Source: Thermodesulfobacteriota bacterium
GTDB taxonomy: Bacteria; Desulfobacterota_D; UBA1144; Nemesobacterales; Nemesobacteraceae
Length of the DNA stretch: 64,000 nucleotides
Reading direction: 5' to 3'
Assembly (NCBI GenBank): GCA_964291665.2
Contig: OZ219814.1
Span: forward strand, 359,525 to 423,524
How positions within the stretch are numbered: the stretch's first letter is position 1; the number at the start of each line of letters is the position of its first letter. This document shows, one piece after another, positions 25,934-34,823 of the stretch. A program made the translations under genes and the position numbers. The notes below the pieces were generated by a model that had not been told where the DNA came from, did not search any database, and saw nothing but the letters and a program-made list of their open reading frames with translations.

Positions 25934-27196
25934 CTACGTTCGTCTACGGCACAAGCGGTTTCTCCACAAAACCGCCGGGAACACGGCGGATATGATCAAA
26001 AGCAGGTTGAACAGGGAGCTTTTAGAAGCACCGACCGTCCCCCCAGCAACCGCACATCCCTTCTCAACCTTCTCCACTTTCGGATAGATGCCGGAACCGA
26101 AAATAATAACCCGGTCACTCTTGGGCAGGTTCAAGGCTTTTACATAGCCCAGCTTGGGCGAAATGCCGGGGGCGCCACCCGGGTCATAGACATCGTCCTC
26201 CTTTGTTCTCGGGTCGTCCCAAAGATATAGAATAAAGCCGTCCTCTCCGGGTTCTTTCGCCTCTTTAATGATGGTGGGACCTATATGTACTCCGTTGGCG
26301 TCCGTAACCAGCAGGCTTGCATCCTCAAGGGATTTATTGTTCCCGTTAAAAAACACTTTCTCGCCCTCATCATACATCATAAAAAGGTAGACAGCGTTCT
26401 TGTCAGATTTCCAAGGCCCTTCTGCCGACCTCATGACCGGACGGTAGAGTGAAATTTTCGAAAGATCGCAAGTCGTCGGGTCAGAAGAATCAACGCAGTG
26501 CCTAATGCTGAAGACCTTGTAGGCCTTAATCGCCTCCTCAACGAATTTCTTCAGGGTCTCGCGGTCATTCACCTCGCTGGCCGTTATTGAAGGCTTGTAA
26601 TCTGAACCCGGAAGTTGCGCAAAAGTTCGGGCGGGCAACTTATCATGATGATAGCCTGCGATCAAAAGAAGCTGCTTGCCGAAGTCCAGGCTGGAGAAAT
26701 AGGTGACCGCGCAGCTCCATCTCTGTGTGCCGGAATAATCATACTTCAAGCAGACTTCCTGCCCGTCTGCCGCTACTGCGGCTGTGCTCAGCCGCTTCAG
26801 ACTCGCAATGTCGATTCCTTCGGTATCGGATGGAAGACTGAACAACCTTCTTTCTTCCGCTTCTCCGCCGTTTCCGTGAATGAAGACCTGGCCATCTTTT
26901 GGATCCATGACAATAAGATAGACGGAACCGGACTTCCAGAGCCCCTCCCGCCTCATCTCCCGGCGGAACCTTGAAGCCGTAACAAAGTCAAGGCTCTCCA
27001 TATGCTCTTTTGCGTGCAGCAGAAATTCTCTCAGGGTCGCTTCCTTCGTTTCGCCCGCTGCGGCCGCTACGTCGCCGGCCGTTTTGCTCGGGACGTTGAA
27101 ATCCTCATAATGCGCGCTTGCGGGACGCAAGTCGGAAAAAAGGCCGACCAACATGAGTACGCACGAAAAAAGACCTGCCAATGCTGTGGTTTTCAT
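25934..27196 (-). CDS. Secreted protein with two Cache-like modules and a Gly-Cys/hydrophobic/Arg-rich C-terminal tail
   Basis: 420-aa ORF. Signal peptide MKTTALAGLFSCVLMLVGLFSDLRPASA. Internal duplication (GLWKSGSVYLIVMDPKDGQVFIHGNG vs GPWKSDKNAVYLFMMYDEGEKVFFNGNN). Tail GCAVAGGTVGASKSSLFNLLLIISAVFPAVLWRNRLCRRRT. Confidence 0.7.
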   Translation of the reverse strand: MKTTALAGLFSCVLMLVGLFSDLRPASAHYEDFNVPSKTAGDVAAAAGETKEATLREFLLHAKEHMESLDFVTASRFRREMRREGLWKSGSVYLIVMDPKDGQVFIHGNGGEAEERRLFSLPSDTEGIDIASLKRLSTAAVAADGQEVCLKYDYSGTQRWSCAVTYFSSLDFGKQLLLIAGYHHDKLPARTFAQLPGSDYKPSITASEVNDRETLKKFVEEAIKAYKVFSIRHCVDSSDPTTCDLSKISLYRPVMRSAEGPWKSDKNAVYLFMMYDEGEKVFFNGNNKSLEDASLLVTDANGVHIGPTIIKEAKEPGEDGFILYLWDDPRTKEDDVYDPGGAPGISPKLGYVKALNLPKSDRVIIFGSGIYPKVEKVEKGCAVAGGTVGASKSSLFNLLLIISAVFPAVLWRNRLCRRRT

Positions 27197-27228
27197 GACA
27201 CCCCCGTTTTATTCCACTCTAGCACACA

Positions 27229-28923
27229 TCAGTCCTTTATGTGATGTTTTTCGTGAACCGGTCTTATCAGGATGTTGCTTATCAAAGCGATTATTAATAA
27301 CGCTGCCATCACATACATCGTCGAGTTGTACAACGAAGCCGTCGGGTCTACTGTCCCCTCAGGCGCGATATCCATGAGTTTCGCGAGCGTTACGGTTTTA
27401 TTCTGCACCAGTATCTCGAGGTCGTTAACTCCGGCTCCGAAAGTCTTGACGAACTCATACGGCGATACCCTTTCGGCAAGGCGATTGATTTCGACCATAA
27501 GCGAATGATCTCTAAGCGAGGTGACTGCCAAGGGACCGAGCACGCCGGCGACGCTCCAAGCGGTCAGCAGACGTCCATAGATACCGCCGACGTAACGGGT
27601 ACCGAACAGGTCAGCGAGATATGCCGGAACAGTAGCGAAGACTCCCCCATAGAAAGTAAAAATTATCATCGTCGCCGCATAAAACATTAACAGCCAGAGA
27701 ATCGAAGGATTAAGATTCACCTGATGGGCGGCCACGGGAATGGACAAATACAACAAAAGACCGACCGCGCAAAATATCGAACACGTATTGCGTCGCCCGA
27801 GTTTGTCAGAGGCGCTCGCCCACATAATGCGCCCCAGCATGTTGAACACGCCGATCATCAAAACGTAAGTGGCGGCAAAGGTGACGTCAACAATATCCGG
27901 AAGCGCGTTACTGAATATCTCAGTCATCATTGTTTTGGCGACAGAGATAATTCCGATTCCGGCTGTAACGTTAAGGCACAATATGAGCCATACCTGGTAG
28001 AACTGAGGTGTTTTTAACGCCTGATCGGTATGCACATCTTTCTGACTGATCATTCGCTTGCTAGAATCCTCGCCGGCCGGCGGTTCCCATCCTCGCGGCT
28101 TATACCCTGGAACCGGGACACGATATAAAAATGCCGAGACCATTATCACAAGAAAATAAACCACTCCGAAGAGAAGAAAGGTCTCGGCGACTCCCGCGGA
28201 ACCGGTGCCAACCAAATACACCCCGGCCGCTTCGGTTCCGGGAACAAGCACATGTGCCGCATCCGCAGCTCCCGCGATGACGACCTCCTTGAGCTTGCCG
28301 CCGACTTCGGCAAAGCGTCGGCCTGAATGAATGATCATATCGACGGCGTCGACCGTCCCCAAGTATTGAGGCGCCTTGTAAAAGTACTGGAGGAAAAATT
28401 CCTTAAGCGGCACTGCGATTATCGCCCCGCCGCCGAAGCCCATGATCGCCATTCCGGTAGCCAGGCCGCGTCGGTCCGGAAACCAGCGAATTAAATTGCT
28501 GACCGGAGAAACATAAGCAAGACCCAGACCGATACCGCCGATTACGCCGTAACCCAGATAGATCAGCCACAGTTGATGCAAGGTAACACCGAGACTGCTG
28601 ATCATGTAGCCACCACCCCAAAGACACGCTGCCACCACGCCGACTGTGCGTGGTCCCACTTCCTCAATCCATTTGCCGGCAAACGCTGCCGTAAGCCCAG
28701 TGAACGCGATCGCGACGGTGAATATCCACACTACCTGGCGCAGGGTCCAGTCGTCCGCCGCGCTAGTGGCAGCGCCAAGCACCTCAATTAACGCAGGGTT
28801 GTATATGCTCCAGGCGTAAACGGAACCAATGCACAGGTGAACCGCAATAGAGGGAGGCGCAACCAGCCAGCGGTTGAATTCCGGACCTCTAACGATACGT
28901 TCCTTTGATAAAAGACTCGCCAT
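27229..28923 (-). CDS. MFS transporter (oxalate/formate antiporter-like family)
   Basis: Polytopic ORF. N-terminus MASLLSKERIVRGPEFNRWLVAPPSIAVHLCIGSVYAWSIY resembles OFA-family MFS. The start is set at the internal ATG 28923 because the longer track ORF (to 29007) overlaps tRNA-Thr. Confidence 0.8.
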   Translation of the reverse strand: MASLLSKERIVRGPEFNRWLVAPPSIAVHLCIGSVYAWSIYNPALIEVLGAATSAADDWTLRQVVWIFTVAIAFTGLTAAFAGKWIEEVGPRTVGVVAACLWGGGYMISSLGVTLHQLWLIYLGYGVIGGIGLGLAYVSPVSNLIRWFPDRRGLATGMAIMGFGGGAIIAVPLKEFFLQYFYKAPQYLGTVDAVDMIIHSGRRFAEVGGKLKEVVIAGAADAAHVLVPGTEAAGVYLVGTGSAGVAETFLLFGVVYFLVIMVSAFLYRVPVPGYKPRGWEPPAGEDSSKRMISQKDVHTDQALKTPQFYQVWLILCLNVTAGIGIISVAKTMMTEIFSNALPDIVDVTFAATYVLMIGVFNMLGRIMWASASDKLGRRNTCSIFCAVGLLLYLSIPVAAHQVNLNPSILWLLMFYAATMIIFTFYGGVFATVPAYLADLFGTRYVGGIYGRLLTAWSVAGVLGPLAVTSLRDHSLMVEINRLAERVSPYEFVKTFGAGVNDLEILVQNKTVTLAKLMDIAPEGTVDPTASLYNSTMYVMAALLIIALISNILIRPVHEKHHIKD

Positions 28924-28971
28924 TGGCTGTATCACGCAGTTAGTCGCCGAGGTGGAACTGAAACTACATAC

Positions 28972-29043
28972 AGCCGACGAGGGGATTCGAACCCCTGACC
29001 TGCTCATTACGAATGAGCTGCTCTACCACTGAGCTACATCGGC
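28972..29043 (-). tRNA. tRNA-Thr (anticodon CGT)
   Basis: The reverse complement GCCGATGTAGCTCAGTGGTAGAGCAGCTCATTCGTAATGAGCAGGTCAGGGGTTCGAATCCCCTCGTCGGCT forms a cloverleaf with anticodon loop TTCGTAA. Confidence 0.88.
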
Positions 29044-29191
29044 AGTAATCATCTGACTAATTATTACACAGGAAAAAATTTTGTGAATAAATATGTGTGG
29101 GAATTATATACAATGCTAGCCAAACTGCCGATTTGTTTAAGAACGGTGGTAGGTTATAACACGCTCGGTAGTGCTCGGCATAAAGAAGAAG

Positions 29192-29208
29192 TGATCAAAC
29201 CATTTTTG
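29192..29208 (+). repeat. 17-bp direct repeat, left copy (tgatcaaaccatttttg)
   Basis: Exact match to 30363-30379. Related gat[ac]aaacca motifs lie nearby (29213-29225). Confidence 0.9.
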
Positions 29209-29305
29209 TGATTTGATAAAACCACCTCTCAAACTATACTTTTTGTCAACTTTCTTTACAATTCCAATTCCCATAAGTTAAAAATAACTTTAAGGAGGTA
29301 TAAAT

Positions 29306-30331
29306 ATGAAATTCGGCATTGGTTATTACAGTCTTCAATCACCCTCTCACCATCCAAGACCACATAGTGACCTGTACAGCGAAATGCTTACTGAAGTGGA
29401 GATGGCAGATCAGATGGGGTTTGACTCCGTATGGCTGACGGAGCATCACTTTCTGGACGATGGTTACTGTCCCTCAATGCTTATAGCAGCTTCGGCAATG
29501 GCCGCCAGAACTAAGAATATCCGTATAGGTACAGGTGTGTTGCTGATACCCCTTCATGATCCGATCCGAATAGCCGAAGATGCTTCCGTTGTTGATCTCA
29601 TTTCCGGCGGAAGATTTATACTGGGGCTGGGACTGGGTTACAGGAAAGAAGAGTTTGATGGATTTGGCAGGCAGTTAAAGGAGCGCAGGGGCAGGATTGA
29701 AGAAAGCCTTGAGATACTGAACAAGAGTTGGAGTGATGATCCGTTCAGCTTTGATGGAAAGTATTATCAGGTAGAGAATTTGAATGTAACTCCCAAACCC
29801 ATTCAACAGCCAATACCAATATGGATCGGTGCTTTTACAGAACCCGCCATAAGGAGAGCAGCTCGGATTGGTGCTCCGCTTTACGTTCCGGCAATCGGCG
29901 TAATACCGATTATCAAATACCTTTTTGATATGCATTCATCTTTCTTGAAGGAATATGGCAAAGACCCCGATGAAGTTGAAAAGCCACTTGTCAGAGAAAT
30001 TTATATTTCCAACAAAAAAGCCGACGATGCTTGGGAGGATATAAAAGAGCACGTTACTTATACGGCCAAGGGATATGCTTCATGGGGTTCAATGGTGGAT
30101 ACTGAGGGCAACTTGCTGAGTGATCCGTCAGATCCGATCCTGTATGACATTGCAAGGCAGCAGTCAATTATAGGAACCCCCGAAGAATGTGTTGAGACTA
30201 TCATAAAATACCGGGAAAGTTTACCTATAGACAACCTGATATGTAGATTTAAATTCCCAGGTATTTCGCATGAAGAAGCAGTAAGGTCAATGAAGTTGTT
30301 TGTGGATAAGGTGCTGCCTGAAGTAGTATAG
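29306..30331 (+). CDS. LLM-class (luciferase-like) flavin-dependent oxidoreductase
   Basis: 341-aa ORF. MKFGIGYYS...GFDSVWLTEHHF...IRIGTGVLLIPLHDPIRIAEDA..., typical of the bacterial luciferase family. Perfect AAGGAGG SD 8 nt upstream. Visibly AT-richer codon usage than the neighbours. Confidence 0.88.
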   Translation: MKFGIGYYSLQSPSHHPRPHSDLYSEMLTEVEMADQMGFDSVWLTEHHFLDDGYCPSMLIAASAMAARTKNIRIGTGVLLIPLHDPIRIAEDASVVDLISGGRFILGLGLGYRKEEFDGFGRQLKERRGRIEESLEILNKSWSDDPFSFDGKYYQVENLNVTPKPIQQPIPIWIGAFTEPAIRRAARIGAPLYVPAIGVIPIIKYLFDMHSSFLKEYGKDPDEVEKPLVREIYISNKKADDAWEDIKEHVTYTAKGYASWGSMVDTEGNLLSDPSDPILYDIARQQSIIGTPEECVETIIKYRESLPIDNLICRFKFPGISHEEAVRSMKLFVDKVLPEVV

Positions 30332-30362
30332 TTCGGCTATTTCTCAAACCATTTTTTAAATT

Positions 30363-30379
30363 TGATCAAACCATTTTTG
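30363..30379 (+). repeat. 17-bp direct repeat, right copy (tgatcaaaccatttttg)
   Basis: Exact match to 29192-29208. It overlaps the perfect palindrome tttgatcaaa (30361-30370). Confidence 0.9.
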
Positions 30380-30467
30380 CAACCACAGTTACCCAACTCA
30401 AAACTCTTGGGCACCCGAAATATAATCCCTGAGAACATATTCCTCCCCGTTTTAGTCCTTTCCCCGC

Positions 30468-31865
30468 TCAACGGGTCATATCCGCGTATATTTTCCTAGC
30501 CGCGAGGTCTCCCGAGCGTACGCAGTCCGGGATTCCGATGCCATGGTAAGCCGATCCGCAAAGAGCAAGCCCCAAGTGCCGCGAGAGTCTATGCATAACC
30601 CCCGAAATCTCCTCTCTATGTCCAAGTGCAAAGCGTGGCATGGACATCGGGTATCTCCTGATATAAATCTCCGTCGGATGGTTGTCAAACCCGAGGATTT
30701 GTGCAAGTTCTTCATTTAAAACCGCCTTTATCTTTTCCTCATCCCAGAGTACAGTCTCGGGGTTAAGCTCTCCTCCTAAAAAACACCTTATCACCACTTT
30801 TCCGCTCCCGGATTTTTCGGGAAATTTGCTGCTGTAAAGCGAACACGCCACAAGGTTCATCTTCTCTGTGGAAGGAATTATGATCCCTAAACCTTCGGGA
30901 AGACCGCGGAAATCCTTTTCCTCAAAAACAAGAGTCGCGACAACAGAAGAAACATAACGCACGCCCGATAGCCTCACTCCAAGCTGCGGATCCACATCGG
31001 AAAGCAACTGCCCTGCTGTATCGGCGCGGGTGGACAGAACCACGGCGTCAAATTCTTCTGCTCCCCGGTCGGAACCGACAAGCCATCCCTTTTCTGATTT
31101 CTTGAGGGAAAGGACCGGGGTTTTGTAATCCTGCCTATAAAATTCTGCACTCTCGCAAAGTTTTTCAATGACAATGGACATTCCCTCCGCCGGAGTGAGA
31201 AAAAGGCCGTACCTAGCCCCGCTTTCCCCTTGGGACGTGGGAGGATTTCGAAGAAGATCCCAAAGGACGCTTCTGCTTCGCTGCTCCATCTCAATGAACT
31301 GCGGCATTGTGGCCAAAAGACTCAATTTCTCGGGGTCGGCCATGTAGATCCCGCCCAGAAGAGGTTGCGCGGCCTTCTCAAAAATCTCTCTCCCGAATCT
31401 CCTCTCTACAAAAGAACGGATGCTTTCGTCCTCTCCGCCGCCTCGCGGAACTAAGGGTTCAAAAAGCACTCTGAGCTTGGCACCGGCACTGAACAGTCGG
31501 TTGCGCAGAAACGGGAGAAGCCTTGAGGGAGCCATGAGGAAAAAACCTTCGGGAAGCGCCCAAAGTCTTCCCGCCTGATACACGAACGTATTTTTTCCCT
31601 TGCCGTATCCCACCCCAAGGAGCGAATCCTCTAGTCCGAGTTCCCTTGCAAGATCAAGCGCCCAAGGCTTTGAAGTTATAAAGGAATCGGGCCCGAGCTC
31701 AAGAACCATGTCCTCCTTTTTTACGGTATCGAAGACCCCGCCCGGATGTGCGGAGGACTCGAAAAGAACAAGCTCAAGAGGAACATTTTCCTCCCGGTAA
31801 AGCTTTCTCAGGTAGTGGGCAGAAGAAAGACCCGAGATTCCTGCGCCGACAATCGCGACTTTCAT
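30468..31865 (-). CDS. hemY: Protoporphyrinogen/coproporphyrinogen III oxidase (HemY-type, FAD)
   Basis: 465-aa ORF. N-terminal dinucleotide fold MKVAIVGAGISGLSSAHYL, HemY-like length, and position after hemH. Confidence 0.85.
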   Translation of the reverse strand: MKVAIVGAGISGLSSAHYLRKLYREENVPLELVLFESSAHPGGVFDTVKKEDMVLELGPDSFITSKPWALDLARELGLEDSLLGVGYGKGKNTFVYQAGRLWALPEGFFLMAPSRLLPFLRNRLFSAGAKLRVLFEPLVPRGGGEDESIRSFVERRFGREIFEKAAQPLLGGIYMADPEKLSLLATMPQFIEMEQRSRSVLWDLLRNPPTSQGESGARYGLFLTPAEGMSIVIEKLCESAEFYRQDYKTPVLSLKKSEKGWLVGSDRGAEEFDAVVLSTRADTAGQLLSDVDPQLGVRLSGVRYVSSVVATLVFEEKDFRGLPEGLGIIIPSTEKMNLVACSLYSSKFPEKSGSGKVVIRCFLGGELNPETVLWDEEKIKAVLNEELAQILGFDNHPTEIYIRRYPMSMPRFALGHREEISGVMHRLSRHLGLALCGSAYHGIGIPDCVRSGDLAARKIYADMTR

Positions 31866-31880
31866 ACCGAACTATCTTAC

Positions 31881-32822
31881 TTATTGCTGGGGGTTTTCTG
31901 AATCGATGAGCCTCAGCACTCCGTCACCCAAGGCCTTTATGTAGCGGTCATCATCGTTTACGGTCTCGGCCCTGTAGAGATTCACCCCGCACTCGCGCGC
32001 AGCTTCGGTGGCCTCGACCCCTATATCGAAAAGCACCTCTATATGATCGCACACAAACCCTATCGGCTGAATAATGATGTCCGTAAAACCCCGGGCAGCA
32101 AGGGCCCCTATCACGTCGCATACATCCGGTTCAAGCCACTCCTCGTTCGGAGAACCGCTCCTGCTCTGATAGGCAATCATCCATTTTTTGTGCCCCGCTC
32201 TGTCCGCCACCAGCATGGCAGAAGTTTCAAACTGCAAAGCGTAAGGGGATGAATCCGACATCCTCTTGGGAATACTGTGAGCCGTGAAGATCAGCATGGT
32301 GGTATCGAGCCTGCTCTCGGGAATTTCCCGCATTCGCTCCATCACCTTGGCCGCCGAGCCTTCTATGAAAAGAGGATGGTTAAAAAGCGGAGGCACATAT
32401 TCCACGTGAAGTTCCATCTTGAGATCTTCGCAGGCCTCGCTCACATCCCTCATGTACCTCTCCCAGCTTGCATCGGAGCGGTAAACGGCCATTATGAGGC
32501 CCACCAGGTTCTTCACACCATTTTCCCGCATCTGCTCGAGGGAATCCTTAATAAACGGATGCCAGTTTCTCATCCCGACGTAAACCGGAAGATCGTACCC
32601 CCACCCTGAAAGAAGCTTCTCAAGTTTCTGGGCCTGCTTGTAAGTGAATTCGTTGAGCGGAGATTTTCCGTCGAAGATTTCGTAGTGATGGGCAACCTCC
32701 CGAAGCCTGTCCTCGGGTATCGGCCTCCCGCTCGCAACGTTTCTGAGAAAAGGCATTATGTCCTCTTTTTTCTCAGGAGCTCCGTATCCGATCATCATTA
32801 CGGCGTCAAAATTATTTTGCAT
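31881..32822 (-). CDS. hemH: Ferrochelatase
   Basis: 313-aa ORF. MMIGYGAPEKKEDIMPFLRNV, FTAHSIP, and QSRSGSP..WLEPD...PIGFVCDHIEVLFD. Confidence 0.92.
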   Translation of the reverse strand: MQNNFDAVMMIGYGAPEKKEDIMPFLRNVASGRPIPEDRLREVAHHYEIFDGKSPLNEFTYKQAQKLEKLLSGWGYDLPVYVGMRNWHPFIKDSLEQMRENGVKNLVGLIMAVYRSDASWERYMRDVSEACEDLKMELHVEYVPPLFNHPLFIEGSAAKVMERMREIPESRLDTTMLIFTAHSIPKRMSDSSPYALQFETSAMLVADRAGHKKWMIAYQSRSGSPNEEWLEPDVCDVIGALAARGFTDIIIQPIGFVCDHIEVLFDIGVEATEAARECGVNLYRAETVNDDDRYIKALGDGVLRLIDSENPQQ

Positions 32823-32833
32823 GGAACTTCTTC

Positions 32834-34795
32834 CTAAGCATCCCTTCGCGCGGAATACTCGTGAACTTCATCAATCAGCCTCAGAACATTATCAACCGGC
32901 GTCTGCGGCAGTACTCCGTGACCCAGGTTGAATATATGCCCGGGCCTCCCTCCCACCCTGTCCAGTATTTTCCTCGCCTCCTCCACTACATGAGACGGGG
33001 TTGAGAGCATTGAAACCGGATCAAGATTCCCCTGAACCGCAAGAGAACTTCCGGCCTTCTGCCAGCCGTCAAGAATATCGACCCTCCAGTCAAGACCGAT
33101 AACTCCAGCCCCGGTCTTTCCCATGAGTTCGAGCAAGGAACCGGTTCCGGTCCCGAACAGTATCACCGGGACTTCCGGCGGAAGCGCCGAGATAAGTTTC
33201 TTTACGTGCGGAAAGACGAATCTTTCGTAATCCGCCGGGGAAAGACAGCCCACCCAGCTGTCGAAAATCTGCACGGCATCGGCCCCGGCATCCACCTGGG
33301 CGCAGAGATAATCCGAAATGCTCCCGGTCAGAATCTCCATCAGCCTCTCCCACAGGGAAGAGTCTCCATACATCAGTTTTTTCGTGTTTACGTAGTTTTT
33401 CGAACCGCTTCCCTCAACCGCGTAGGAAGCCACGGTAAAAGGAGCGCCGCTAAAACCGATGAGCGAAACTTCAGGGGCAAGCGCCTTTCTCGTGATACGC
33501 AGGGCCTCGTAGACAAAATCCATGCTTTCGGGATCAAAGTCCCTCAGGGCCTCTATGCGTTTTCGGGTCCTAAGAGGCTTGCCTATCACAGGGCCGTCGA
33601 CGCTTGAGTACTCAAGGGAGAGTCCCAGGGGCTCCAGTATGAGAAGTATGTCTGAGAAAATGATGGCCGCGTCCACGCCGAAGCGGTCAACCACCATCAG
33701 CGTAATTTCAGAGGCCATATCCGGGGTCTTGCAGAACTCCTTGAAAGAAACGCGGGAGCGGGCCTCCCTGTATTCCCGGAGAAACCTGCCCGCCTGGCGC
33801 ATAAGCCAGATGGGAGTATGATCGGCTTTCTCGAGCCGACACGCCTTCATAAATGCCCCTGCAGAAGTGATTTCTTTTCTTTGGTCCTGCGCGGCGTCCC
33901 CTGACCAGACCATCTGCGTGCGGTTCCAGTTCCGGGTATCCACACCGTTTTGAAAAGCCGTTCTTTTTTTGGCGAGAAGCGCCGCCGACCTTCTGGCCAC
34001 CTCTCTAACCAGATTTCCCATCTTCGGGCTGTCGGGCTCATAGTCAACGGATATTCCGTTTTCCCTGAGCGTCTCCGTGGTAGTCGGCCCAATTGAGCAT
34101 ATAAGCGCTTTTTTTATTCCCTCCATGAAGTTGGCTCCTCTCTCCTCCTTGCCGGCAACCTCAAAAAGGTTTGATACCTGCCGGGAACTTGTGAACAGAA
34201 GACAATCCTCTTCACCTTCGGATATGGACCTCACCGCATCCTGCAGAGGACCCAGATCCTCCGGCAGCGCCCACCTGTAAATGGGGATCCTTCTTACGTC
34301 AGCCCCTCTTCTCTCAAGGGAAGCGAGAAACTCCTCGTTGGAAACCCCGTATTCCTGAACGTACACGACCAGATTTTCAAGTGACATGTCCCTCTGGTCA
34401 AAAGTGGAAAGTATGTCCCTCCACGTGTTCGGCTCAGGAACGGTTATATTCGGTCTTATCCCGAATTTTCGAAGGGCCGCGACGGGTTTCGGGCCTCTGG
34501 CAAGAATCGTCGTCGCGCGCAGGGCATCCACATATTTCTCTTCCTCCGACTCCGCAATCACCATGTCGGAGAGAATCCGGGTGCCCACCCCAGTCATGAG
34601 AACAAGAAGGTCAACGTTGCCCGAGAAAAGGTCATCGGCGAACCTGTCAACGTAAGGAGTTTTCAGATCCGGAACTTCTCTCATCGAGGGTGCGACTCTG
34701 GGCACTCCACCATGATAAGAGATGAGTTTCTTCATCTCCTCGCAGCGGCGACTCTCAAAAGACGTTACCTTAAGCCCGTTAAAATCCTGTTTCAT
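32834..34795 (-). CDS. hemE: Fusion protein: uroporphyrinogen-III synthase (HemD-like N-terminal about 300 aa) + uroporphyrinogen decarboxylase (HemE)
   Basis: 653-aa ORF. The N-terminal half has the two-lobed HEM4-like pattern (LKVTSFESRR..., LLVLMTGVGTRIL, CLLFTSSRQVSNLF, ICSIGPTTTETL). The C-terminal half has the HemE signature PIWLMRQAGRFLREYR and ...IFNLGHGVLP. Confidence 0.85.
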   Translation of the reverse strand: MKQDFNGLKVTSFESRRCEEMKKLISYHGGVPRVAPSMREVPDLKTPYVDRFADDLFSGNVDLLVLMTGVGTRILSDMVIAESEEEKYVDALRATTILARGPKPVAALRKFGIRPNITVPEPNTWRDILSTFDQRDMSLENLVVYVQEYGVSNEEFLASLERRGADVRRIPIYRWALPEDLGPLQDAVRSISEGEEDCLLFTSSRQVSNLFEVAGKEERGANFMEGIKKALICSIGPTTTETLRENGISVDYEPDSPKMGNLVREVARRSAALLAKKRTAFQNGVDTRNWNRTQMVWSGDAAQDQRKEITSAGAFMKACRLEKADHTPIWLMRQAGRFLREYREARSRVSFKEFCKTPDMASEITLMVVDRFGVDAAIIFSDILLILEPLGLSLEYSSVDGPVIGKPLRTRKRIEALRDFDPESMDFVYEALRITRKALAPEVSLIGFSGAPFTVASYAVEGSGSKNYVNTKKLMYGDSSLWERLMEILTGSISDYLCAQVDAGADAVQIFDSWVGCLSPADYERFVFPHVKKLISALPPEVPVILFGTGTGSLLELMGKTGAGVIGLDWRVDILDGWQKAGSSLAVQGNLDPVSMLSTPSHVVEEARKILDRVGGRPGHIFNLGHGVLPQTPVDNVLRLIDEVHEYSARRDA

Positions 34796-34823
34796 GACTT
34801 AACTACCAGACGCCGTTTCGATA

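Noticed and set aside
28924-29007. 28-codon N-terminal extension of the MFS transporter ORF
   Set aside because: It overlaps the tRNA-Thr gene on the same strand. The internal ATG at 28923 gives a normal MFS N-terminus.
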